A stretch of DNA of 51,894 nt from Enterobacter phage Ec_L1, in the sequence record NC_042122.1. The stretch is one strand, 5' to 3'. The translations under genes and the position numbers were made by a program. Of the stretch, positions 43,401 to 50,825 are shown one piece after another; position 1 is the stretch's first letter; every line of letters starts with the position of its first letter. The notes beneath the pieces are model-generated. The model worked only from the letters and a program-made list of their open reading frames with translations. It ran no database searches and was not told the origin of the DNA.

Positions 43401-44388
43401 TGTTGCTCAGATTACAACCGTTCAGGAGGCATTGGCTAAGGAAACTGAGACTCGCGTAACGCAGTACCAGGAAATGACTGCTCGAATGGGTAAGGCGGAA
43501 GGTAGCATCACCAACAACGCAACTGCTATCGTGACGGAGAAAGAGGCGAGGGTTCAGCAGTACAACCAACTCAACTCTAAGATCGACACGAACCAGACTC
43601 AGACGAACGCAAGTATCGGGAGACTTGACCAGGCGATCACGGATGAGAAGAACGCAAGGGTTAGCCAGTACAACGAGCTAAACGCAAGCGTGAAGAGTGT
43701 CGACACGAAAGTTGATGGACAGGTTAAGCGTCTTGACCAGGCTATTGTTGATGAGCGTAACGCTCGCGTGACTTCTGTTAACCAGGTTACTGCAACCGCT
43801 AACGCGGCTCAGTCAACCGCTAACACAGCGAACGGTAAAGCAGATCAGGCAAATACGAAAGCTGGACAGGCTCAAACGACAGCTAACCAGGCGCAGGCAA
43901 CGGCAAGCACGAAGCTGGACGCAAACGCAAGCACTAGCGGAGCAGTAAACGCCTCTTACACTGTCAACCTTGGAGTGAGGATGCAGGATGGGAAGCAGGT
44001 TAACGCTGGCATGATGGTAGACATTACCGGAACGACAGCAGCGCCAAAAGGAAGGGTTTTCTTTAACGTAGATCAGTTTGCTGTTGGTAGGGTTTCTGGT
44101 GGCAAGATTGTTTCAATGCCATTCTTTATGGAAGGTAACTCGGTTTATATGCAGAACGCTTTCATCAAGAACGGGTCAATTGACAACGCCAAAATCGGTA
44201 GTTTTATCCAGTCAAACAACTACGTAGCTAACTCTGCTGGTTGGCGTCTTGATAAGAACGGCACGTTTGTTAACTTTGGTTCTACTGCAAACGAAGGTTC
44301 AATGAAGCAAGACAACCAGACAATTACAGTTAGAGATAAAAACGGAAGGGTAAGAGTTCAGATTGGACGAATCACTGGCGTGTGGTAA
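40486..44388 (+). CDS. tail tip / host-specificity protein (lambda gpJ-like)
   Basis: 1300 aa downstream of K and I. FN3-like middle region and an internal roughly 40-aa repeat region. Confidence 0.85.
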   Translation: MAKIISARKGGGSKPHQPREMDDNLISRDKIKILLALSDGEVDEEFSLKDLLFDDVPVVGADGTVNYPNVSAEFRSGTQTQSYIPGFTESNNEVTVQRDVSTETPYVISVTNQVLSAIRIRMMTDRIAHTKDNGDTVGWNVEYRFDMAVNGGAYEEVTRTVFEGKNTSGYDRSIRINLPESYQQVLIRVVRLTPDDNSDRTQSKFRVQSYSEVIDAKFRYPLTALLFVEFDSDLFPNQLPTISVKKKWKKIQVPVNYDPVARTYSGSWNGMFKTAWSNNPAWVLYDLIMNQRYGLDQKELGIDVDKWSLYEVAQYCDQMVPDGHGGQEPRYLCDMVVQSQVEAYRLIRDVCSIFRGMSFYNGESLSIVIDKPRDPVYLFTNDNVVDGAFARVFASEKSMYTSVNVMFDDRENMYNQDVEPVFDNEASRRFGNNPTDITAIGCTRRSEANRRGRWIIKTNLRSTTVNFATGLEGMIPMIGDVIAVSDNHWQHNIMYNLSGRLMEVSGVQVFTSFRVDARPGDFIIVNRPDGKPQKRTISRVSSDGKTITLNVGFGFSVQPDAVFAIERSDLTFEQYVVTKIEKGDGDEEFVHRITAIEYDPTKYDAIDYGVVIDQRPTSIVDPDHLKAPENVKISSFSRVVQGMSVETMVVNWDKVQYANRYEMQWRKDSGNWNNTPQTAATEIDVEGIYSGVYEVRVRAVSAAGNVSPWSEIEVKSLTGKTGKPNKPINLTATDDEVFGIRVKWGMPDGSGDTAYIELQQAPDDNAGGYLPEAATLVSMVPYPQHEYWHSVLPSGFINWYRVRAVDKIGNVSDWTDFVRGMATDDVDKIGEVVKIEFEETEGFKELKKTVDELIGQLDEQSEELKETGDTMKDYGSKLRAQAEADIENALANNTDVIRMTKENGKRKAEFRFAVNLVATESEARAEAISKLSAQFDEEIGAAVTRMDQAIAAEGEARAKAIADLKAQIDDDVVAQITTVQEALAKETETRVTQYQEMTARMGKAEGSITNNATAIVTEKEARVQQYNQLNSKIDTNQTQTNASIGRLDQAITDEKNARVSQYNELNASVKSVDTKVDGQVKRLDQAIVDERNARVTSVNQVTATANAAQSTANTANGKADQANTKAGQAQTTANQAQATASTKLDANASTSGAVNASYTVNLGVRMQDGKQVNAGMMVDITGTTAAPKGRVFFNVDQFAVGRVSGGKIVSMPFFMEGNSVYMQNAFIKNGSIDNAKIGSFIQSNNYVANSAGWRLDKNGTFVNFGSTANEGSMKQDNQTITVRDKNGRVRVQIGRITGVW

Positions 44389-44395
44389 TATTTCG

Positions 44396-44425
44396 GGACT
44401 GCTTTAGCAGTCCCATTTTTTTTGG
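44396..44425 (+). terminator. intrinsic terminator GGGACTGC-ttta-GCAGTCCC + T8 after J
   Basis: Perfect 8-bp stem. Confidence 0.7.
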
Positions 44426-44437
44426 AGGTTAATTATT

Positions 44438-44752
44438 ATGGCTGAATACGGTGTTGCAACGTGGGACGGTAATGGAAAAGCTAACAACTACGGCATAAAG
44501 CCAGTTAGCGTAAGCGGATCTTTGTCTCTATCAAGCGGTCAAAAATCAGGTTCTTACTCAGTGATTGTCCCGCCAGGCTGCAAGCTAACGTACTTCCAAG
44601 TGTCAAATGACGCAAACTACACAACTCAGAGGAGGAAGATAAACATAAGTGGTGGAAATGTGTCTATTACCGGAGTTTCAGATACTGATTATTCTGCAAA
44701 CACAGAACCCGCAATAGCGGCTTTCCTTATATTTCAGATAGAGGCTTCTTAA
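44438..44752 (+). CDS. hypothetical tail-associated protein (paralog of next gene, MAEYGV N-terminus)
   Basis: 104 aa; RBS tggaggttaattatt. Confidence 0.45.
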   Translation: MAEYGVATWDGNGKANNYGIKPVSVSGSLSLSSGQKSGSYSVIVPPGCKLTYFQVSNDANYTTQRRKINISGGNVSITGVSDTDYSANTEPAIAAFLIFQIEAS

Positions 44753-45418
44753 ATGGCTGATTATGGTGTTTTACTATCAACGACAAGCGGTGGAGTGTGG
44801 GTTACTCCAGAAAGCACCCCCATAGCATTACAGGCGAAGAAAACAGCTACATTACAGGCAACCTCAGGGTTTAACGTGAAAATATCTCACACCTTTCCCG
44901 CAGGGAAACCAGTGATACCCTTCGTCCATGTTACTGCTGAGTGCGAGATAACCTCATCAATAAGTGGAAATGTTATAACCATTGATTTCCTTAGGCCTAC
45001 AGCCAACGGTGTTGCGGAGGTGTACTTCTTTAGTATATTCCCACAAACAAAACCTCAATACGGCTTAGCCGTTTGGGATGCGTCTGGTGTTTTGGTTCTA
45101 ACAAATGAAACCAGAACTCTTACAGACGTTGAGAGGATTGGCACACCAGGAGTGGAAAGTTCAGGCTACAACATAAATGTGACAAGATCCGGTAAGTGGG
45201 CTTGCATACCTGGAATGCTTGGATTGATAACAGGCGTAATATCAACTGGTATGCCAAGGCCTTACCAGGCAATATACAAAACAATAGCCTTAAGGGAGGG
45301 AGCTAACACGAGGATAAAAGCTAGACCTCAATCAGCCCCAGGAGGTCCGATCCAAAACGTCATGTACAGCAATATGAGAAATTCCATAATGGCAATAAAC
45401 GTTGCTAACTATGATTAA
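44753..45418 (+). CDS. hypothetical tail-associated protein (MADYGV N-terminus)
   Basis: 221 aa; shares its N-terminal motif with the upstream ORF. Confidence 0.45.
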   Translation: MADYGVLLSTTSGGVWVTPESTPIALQAKKTATLQATSGFNVKISHTFPAGKPVIPFVHVTAECEITSSISGNVITIDFLRPTANGVAEVYFFSIFPQTKPQYGLAVWDASGVLVLTNETRTLTDVERIGTPGVESSGYNINVTRSGKWACIPGMLGLITGVISTGMPRPYQAIYKTIALREGANTRIKARPQSAPGGPIQNVMYSNMRNSIMAINVANYD

Positions 45419-45419
45419 G

Positions 45420-45441
45420 CGCCTACGGGCGCTTTTTTTGT
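45420..45441 (+). terminator. terminator GCGCC-tac-GGGCGC + T7
   Basis: Hairpin plus a T-run before the tail fibre promoter. Confidence 0.6.
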
Positions 45442-45452
45442 TTCTTACTCAA

Positions 45453-45484
45453 TGGTACAATAGCGTTTAGCAAAATGTGCTATT
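45453..45484 (+). promoter_or_regulatory. extended -10 promoter TGgTACAAT for tail fibre gene plus reverse-oriented element copy in leader
   Basis: Follows terminator 45420-45440. GTTTAGCAAAATGTGCTATT lies between the -10 and the RBS. Confidence 0.5.
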
Positions 45485-45504
45485 AATAAAATGAGGGCTT
45501 GACA

Positions 45505-47961
45505 ATGGCAATTTACAGAAAAGGTGAAGCGTCGCTGGCTGCTGATGGAACCGTGACAGGATACGGGACAACCTGGAAAGATCAGCTTGCTCTGATTCGA
45601 ATTGGGGCGACTGTCGTTTTCCTGAGCGGTAACGAAATTGGAGCTATAGGCACCATCTCAGCGATCGTTTCCGACACTCAGATCCAGACAATCCAGACGG
45701 ATGGGGCTACCGTTTCACGCGGTAAGTATTTCATCCTCCTGCATGACTCACTAACGGTTGACGGCCTGGCACAAAACGTCGCTGAGACACTCCGTTACTA
45801 CCAGTCAAGCGAAACAGAAATCGCTGAGGCTATGGATTATTTTAAAACGTTCGATTGGGAGAAATTTGAGGCCATCGCTAAGGGCGTTAAAACGAACGCT
45901 GAGGCGGCGAAAGTTTCAGAGACCAATGCCAAGGCTAGCGAGACGAACGCCAAGCAGAGCGAGAGCGCGGCATCCTCAAGCAAGAATGCGGCGGCTGCTT
46001 CTCAGGCGGCAGCTAAAACCTCTGAGACAAACGCTAAAACCTCTGAGACGAACGCCAAGGCAAGCGAGAATGCGGCTAACGGCAGCAAGGTAGCGGCGGC
46101 TGGATCAGCTACGGCAGCGGACAACTCAGCTAAAGCGGCGGCATCTTCACAGGCAGCGGCTAAGACCAGTGAGACTAACTCAAAGTCGTCTGAGACAAAC
46201 GCAAAGTCTAGCGAAAACGCAGCACTGCAAAGCAAGAACGCGGCGGCTGGTTCGGCAACTGCGGCTAAGACCTCAGAGACTAACGCCAAGTCCTCAGAGA
46301 CAAAGGCCAAGACTTCAGAGACTAACTCAAAAACCTCTGAGACCAATGCCAAGAACTCTGAGATTAACGCTGAAAACTGGGCTAAGAGCGTGAATCCCGC
46401 TAACCTGGCTCAACTGGACGCCGAAAACACGTTCCAGAAAAAGCAGACATTCAATAACACGATCCAGCTTGCTTCAAGCTATGCGATCCCGATGGTTATT
46501 CAGAGCGCTAACCCGACAATTAGATTCAATGAAACCGATAAGCCGTCTGGAGCACCTGATTACGCTCTCGTTTTCGACGGTGGAAACTTCAGGATTCAGA
46601 AGGAAGATGGTGGAGGTGAAAACATCCTTTCTTATGATCGCATAAGTAACACCGTTACGCTTTCGAAGGGTGGATTTGCTGACAAGGCTGGTACTCGTAA
46701 TAACCTGGATCTTGGGACTGGTAACACGCCAGAATTTGGTGGGCTTTACTTGACTGGAGGAAGTCTTGAAGTTAGACGCTATAGCGACGACTCCGCTCCT
46801 TCCGGTTCTCTTGTTGCTCGCCGAGCAAGAGCCAATGGAACAACGATTGTTTCCAGTGAAATGCGAGCCAACCCAAACGGATCTGTTGAATGGATTAAAC
46901 GAGATGCTGGCGGAACACCTAGAAGCATCTCGCTTTCTGAAAATAATGAGGTCGTCTTTAACGGGCTTGTGCTTGCTCCGCCAAACATTGAAATTGGCAA
47001 GGCGAACAGTGCTGGGACGTCTTACATCGACCTGCACTATGACGGAACGAAGAACTATGACTATTCTGCGAGAATCTCATGCGATGGTATGAACCGCGAG
47101 CAATCCGGTTATGGAAACTTGAGGTTCAACGCCGGATTTATGTCGTTCTCTGCTCCTGGCGGTCATCGATTTGACTATCAGACGACTTTTATTAACGATG
47201 GAGCACCGATTGTGTCGCAGGCAAGGTCAAATGGTCAGTCATCATACTTGCTATTTAAAGATGGAGCTTCGAATTACGGATATGTCGGTTTTCCTTCTGC
47301 TGCATCCAAAGATATTACGCTTTATAACTACACAACCGATAAGGGAATTAAGGTTTCTGATAAATTCTACGCTGATAACATGGACGCACAAATCGGCGGT
47401 AACATTATGTGCTACGGTTCGAGCGTATATGTTCGTGGCGGATCAGGTGCAAGCAATACTCACTTATGGCTTGCCAACAATGCAGGAAGAAACAGGGCGG
47501 TGTTTTTCGCGAACGACAATTTCTCCTGGAACATTCGAGCAGATAACGGCGCTTCGGGAGCGAGTGGTCAGGCCTTGTCATTCAACGGATCTACTGGTGA
47601 GGCAAGGGCGACGACATTCACAAACACATCTGACGAGCGCGCTAAATTCTGGATCAAGCCAGTAACAAGCGCCCTTGATAAGATTTGCTCACTGCGCGGG
47701 GTAACTTACTCAATGCACCCAACGCTGCAAAGTACGGTTAGAAATGCTGGAGTAATCGCTCAGGACGTTCGCAAGGTTCTTCCGGAGGCGGTGAAGGAGG
47801 GGAATCATAAGGATGTGCTTGATAAAAACTGTCAAGTTGTTGAGAATCCTTTATCTCTTGACTACAACGCACTTGCGGCTTTATATGTTGAGGCGATCAA
47901 GGAGTTGAAAACCGAAATTGACGCACTTAAGGAAGAGGTTAAAGCACTGAAAGGAGAGTAA
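45505..47961 (+). CDS. tail fibre protein with SETNAK heptad-repeat shaft and C-terminal intramolecular chaperone (peptidase S74-like)
   Basis: ATG at 45505 with RBS tgagggcttgaca. About 20 TSETNAK-type heptads. C-terminal DERAKFWIKPV...LDYNALAALYVEAIKELK, typical of autocleaving chaperone domains. Confidence 0.8.
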   Translation: MAIYRKGEASLAADGTVTGYGTTWKDQLALIRIGATVVFLSGNEIGAIGTISAIVSDTQIQTIQTDGATVSRGKYFILLHDSLTVDGLAQNVAETLRYYQSSETEIAEAMDYFKTFDWEKFEAIAKGVKTNAEAAKVSETNAKASETNAKQSESAASSSKNAAAASQAAAKTSETNAKTSETNAKASENAANGSKVAAAGSATAADNSAKAAASSQAAAKTSETNSKSSETNAKSSENAALQSKNAAAGSATAAKTSETNAKSSETKAKTSETNSKTSETNAKNSEINAENWAKSVNPANLAQLDAENTFQKKQTFNNTIQLASSYAIPMVIQSANPTIRFNETDKPSGAPDYALVFDGGNFRIQKEDGGGENILSYDRISNTVTLSKGGFADKAGTRNNLDLGTGNTPEFGGLYLTGGSLEVRRYSDDSAPSGSLVARRARANGTTIVSSEMRANPNGSVEWIKRDAGGTPRSISLSENNEVVFNGLVLAPPNIEIGKANSAGTSYIDLHYDGTKNYDYSARISCDGMNREQSGYGNLRFNAGFMSFSAPGGHRFDYQTTFINDGAPIVSQARSNGQSSYLLFKDGASNYGYVGFPSAASKDITLYNYTTDKGIKVSDKFYADNMDAQIGGNIMCYGSSVYVRGGSGASNTHLWLANNAGRNRAVFFANDNFSWNIRADNGASGASGQALSFNGSTGEARATTFTNTSDERAKFWIKPVTSALDKICSLRGVTYSMHPTLQSTVRNAGVIAQDVRKVLPEAVKEGNHKDVLDKNCQVVENPLSLDYNALAALYVEAIKELKTEIDALKEEVKALKGE
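45915..46375 (+). repeat. 21-bp tandem DNA repeats encoding TSETNAK heptads in tail fibre gene
   Basis: About 20 imperfect copies of tctgagacNaacgcNaaR. Confidence 0.7.
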
Positions 47962-47990
47962 AAGAAAGCCCCCATATGGGGGCTTTTTTA
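47962..47990. terminator. bidirectional terminator AGCCCCCATATGGGGGCT flanked by A5/T5 (tail fibre + / ssb - convergence)
   Basis: Palindromic 18-mer with A-run and T-run flanks. Confidence 0.7.
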
Positions 47991-48425
47991 TTAGAACGGG
48001 ATATCGTCGTCGAAATCCATTGGTGGGTTGTTTTGAGGCTTAGGCTTGCTTTGCTGCTGTCGCTGTTGCTGGTTTCCTTGTGGCTGTTGTGGCTCGCCCC
48101 AGCCGCCGCTCTGCTGTTGTGATCGCTGACTGAAGATCAGTTGGGCGAATCCGGCTGGCTGCAACGTTACATACGTCGTGCCATTGTGATCTCGGATATT
48201 TGTTTTTAACTGATCGCATTGAACCGTAATCACCTTCCCAACCTGGAACGCGTCGCGATACCAGTTTAGTAGGCCGTCAGTCTTTGCGTTGAAAAAGAAC
48301 GTGTAGTTCGTATACTCTCGCGTACCTTCACGGTTCTTGTAAGACTCGCTCAACTCAACGATGAACGTTGTTTCGTTGTGGATGCGAGGCTCTTTCCGGA
48401 TCTCGCCAGTAATGATATGTGGCAT
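47991..48425 (-). CDS. ssb: single-stranded DNA-binding protein
   Basis: OB-fold N-terminus, Gln/Gly-rich linker and a C-terminal acidic tail ending DFDDDIPF. Confidence 0.9.
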   Translation of the reverse strand: MPHIITGEIRKEPRIHNETTFIVELSESYKNREGTREYTNYTFFFNAKTDGLLNWYRDAFQVGKVITVQCDQLKTNIRDHNGTTYVTLQPAGFAQLIFSQRSQQQSGGWGEPQQPQGNQQQRQQQSKPKPQNNPPMDFDDDIPF

Positions 48426-48469
48426 GATTAACTCCTGATTGGTTGGCGGCTTTCGCCGCCTATTTTGAT

Positions 48470-49141
48470 TTAATCGAAGCTCTCAATATTTTGAGGCTCA
48501 GGTTGTTTTTTGGTTTCAGGTTCGGATTTTACCGCATCCTTTGACTTGCTTACAACTTTCTTTTGAACAGCAGCAAAACCTCCATTAGTGCCAACAGTCA
48601 ATGAGGCTTTACGCTTCTCATAATGCTCCTGAATAATAGGCTTATCGACTGGGCTTGAAGCGCCCCATGCCTTTTTGAACTGCTCTGCGAGTTCTTCCAT
48701 ATTTTCACATTTGTCAAGTCGCTTATTCCAGTCCTTGGCGCTCATTACGGCAACCTGTGCGTCATCGTCTGCCTGAGACAAACCAAGAGCAGAAACAAGA
48801 CCGTATCGACGGGCATAAGTGAAAGCCGATCCCATACCTTGAGGGTCAGCCTTTACTACAGGGAGCACCGTTAGGTATGAAATGAACTGTCCTGAAACAT
48901 GCCGGATTGTGGTAATAACGCGAATTTCTTTGCTGTTACTCTCCTCCGTCATCGACTGCTCAATCATGAGCATCTCACTTTCAAGAGGTGGCGTAACGGT
49001 ATCAAGGACGCTGTCGAGGGTCGCATACTTACCCTTGCCAGCACCTCCGTTAATCTTGTCTTTCAGAACCTTAACGAATTTCTGACGCGCCCTGAATATG
49101 GCTGGGAATAACTCGCTGGTCATGTTTGATTGCATTTTCAT
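48470..49141 (-). CDS. ssDNA-annealing recombinase (Erf/Rad52-like SSAP)
   Basis: 223 aa. Conserved-looking FTYARRYGLVSALGL block. Positioned between the exonuclease and SSB genes. Confidence 0.55.
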   Translation of the reverse strand: MKMQSNMTSELFPAIFRARQKFVKVLKDKINGGAGKGKYATLDSVLDTVTPPLESEMLMIEQSMTEESNSKEIRVITTIRHVSGQFISYLTVLPVVKADPQGMGSAFTYARRYGLVSALGLSQADDDAQVAVMSAKDWNKRLDKCENMEELAEQFKKAWGASSPVDKPIIQEHYEKRKASLTVGTNGGFAAVQKKVVSKSKDAVKSEPETKKQPEPQNIESFD

Positions 49142-49200
49142 GTATTTTTCCTTCTGATTGTTTCAGGTGGCAGTATATCACCGCCACCAACAAAAAGCCA

Positions 49201-50247
49201 TTAGTTATCTTGAGTGAATAACTCCTTAAACTGATACTTGACAAATTCAGGAGTTGGCAGAACAACCTCATCGGCGTTGTTTTCATAGCTAGGCCAAACG
49301 TCATGCTTCACACATTCAGAGAAAACATGAATCACGCTTGTGTACTGCTGTCGACCAATGGCTAACTGCTCATTTGTCATGGTGAACCCAAGCGGAAGAT
49401 ATGGGACTTTCTTTTCCTGAGCAAGGAATCGTATAACGATCGGTCGAGTCTCCTCAAATGCAGCCTTGAACAGATCTCTCTGTAGAGCCATCTTTAAGTA
49501 ATAGCCCAGGTTAAACGCGTGACGCGCAAAATCAGACGGCTTCACACTCTGAGTGGTCTTGTAATCAGTTATTACAACAATCTCAGGGTTAATATCAGGA
49601 TCGTAGCCATATTTTTTGATTAACTCCGGATCGGTTATTGTGTCTACGTGGTCAAGTCGAACCTTAACCTTAACCCCGAAAATGATCCCAAAGATTGATA
49701 TCTCACGCAATGCCGTATGGCTGTTTATCGTTGCGGCATGGCGAGGTATGTTAAGCAGCGTTTGGCGCATGTACTTGCAGGCGTCGTAATCCTCAGCCTT
49801 TACAAGCTCCTTACCTTCATGCTTTGCATTCCACTCAGCCAACATCTCTTCAAGCCACAACACATTGACCTCAATGTCGTTCTTTGCCGCCATAACCAGC
49901 AATTCAGGATAACCCTTTCCACTTGTACCAATCAGGCCGCATGCTTTCAGCTTGGAAGCGAGAGCGGATTGGCTTGTGATGCAGTCTTTGATCTCGCCAG
50001 CCATAACACCGCGAGCGTAAAGGCTATCGAACTTCTCAACCTCCAGCATCATGGTATGCGACTGTGTTCCGAATGCAAGAGCCTTACTCAATTCTCTGAT
50101 CCTGAATTTCCAGTCTGCCGGACATGTGGCATGAATATCAGCGAGAGAAGAACCTGAGACGTATTCTGAAACCCAACCCTCTGAGGCGTGGTATTCGTCG
50201 TTTGTCATTTCCTCGTTGAGGAAGTATTGAAAGCGAGGCTGTTCCAT
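49201..50247 (-). CDS. RecE/RecB-family PD-(D/E)xK exonuclease
   Basis: VVITDYKTT motif. Start refined to the ATG at 50247 with RBS aaaaggagtcatac. The listed start at 50295 lies upstream of the promoter -10. Confidence 0.7.
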   Translation of the reverse strand: MEQPRFQYFLNEEMTNDEYHASEGWVSEYVSGSSLADIHATCPADWKFRIRELSKALAFGTQSHTMMLEVEKFDSLYARGVMAGEIKDCITSQSALASKLKACGLIGTSGKGYPELLVMAAKNDIEVNVLWLEEMLAEWNAKHEGKELVKAEDYDACKYMRQTLLNIPRHAATINSHTALREISIFGIIFGVKVKVRLDHVDTITDPELIKKYGYDPDINPEIVVITDYKTTQSVKPSDFARHAFNLGYYLKMALQRDLFKAAFEETRPIVIRFLAQEKKVPYLPLGFTMTNEQLAIGRQQYTSVIHVFSECVKHDVWPSYENNADEVVLPTPEFVKYQFKELFTQDN

Positions 50248-50278
50248 GTATGACTCCTTTTGTGTGCGTGTGCGATGC

Positions 50279-50320
50279 AGTATACCCGATCTCATTCGTT
50301 GCGTTTAGCAAAAAGTGCTC
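50279..50320 (-). promoter_or_regulatory. early promoter cassette P19 (minus strand; exo-SSAP-ssb operon)
   Basis: GAGCACTTTTTGCTAAAC, 18 nt, TATACT, RBS aaaaggag. Confidence 0.55.
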
Positions 50321-50327
50321 ATTTTTA

Positions 50328-50795
50328 CTCAACGGAGGATTGCGGAAATTTACGGAGGATTCAAAAACAGCCTCCAGGCCTTGGTGTTACTGGCCTAAAC
50401 GACAATCTACGCCGGAAAATGTCGATTTTTGCGCTCTATAGATACCAAATTCACCAAAAACAGGCATGAAAAAAGATCCGACAACACAATAATCAACATA
50501 ATCCTCCGTAAATAAATAATACATACTACACATATAATAATAATATCTATATATATTAGATACTTATGTATGTCTAAAGGTTGAAAATAGCTCATTATTT
50601 GAGCGATTTTTGCGGAGGATTGATCCGGCGTAAATTCCGCAAATTCTGTAAGTGACTGATTTTGTTGAATGCAATTGCGGAGGATTTTTCGTTAAATCTC
50701 CCTTAAATCCGGCTTGTTTAAGTTTGTTAAATCTTTTTGTGGAGGATTGCGGAGGATTGCGGAGGGTTTACGGAGGGTTTACGGAGGATTTTTCC
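50328..50795. repeat. iteron cluster B: about 10 copies of the same GGAGGATT iteron (five tandem at 50739-50790, 10-11 bp period) plus AT-rich core (50500-50575); paralog of cluster A
   Basis: Shares non-iteron blocks with A: TACGCCGGA(T/A)AATGTCGATTTTTG(T/C)GC and ATAATCCTCCGTAAA. Confidence 0.6.
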
Positions 50796-50796
50796 G

Positions 50797-50825
50797 GCGT
50801 AAAAAAACCCGCCGAAGCGGGTTAG
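50797..50825 (-). terminator. terminator CCCGCTTCGGCGGG + T7 after primase gene (minus strand)
   Basis: Fourth copy of the same hairpin. Confidence 0.65.

Noticed and set aside
46002-46393. Minus-strand and alternate-frame ORFs inside the tail-fibre repeat region (46002-46352 -, 45758-46093 +, 46169-46393 +)
   Set aside because: Low-complexity artefacts created by the 21-bp tandem repeats. No RBS, and they overlap the well-supported fibre frame.
16038-50790. Duplicated iteron regions as an artefact of terminal redundancy or assembly
   Set aside because: The two regions share architecture and short blocks but differ extensively in sequence and length, and both are embedded in unique flanking genes. 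This is true paralogy, not a collapsed or duplicated end.
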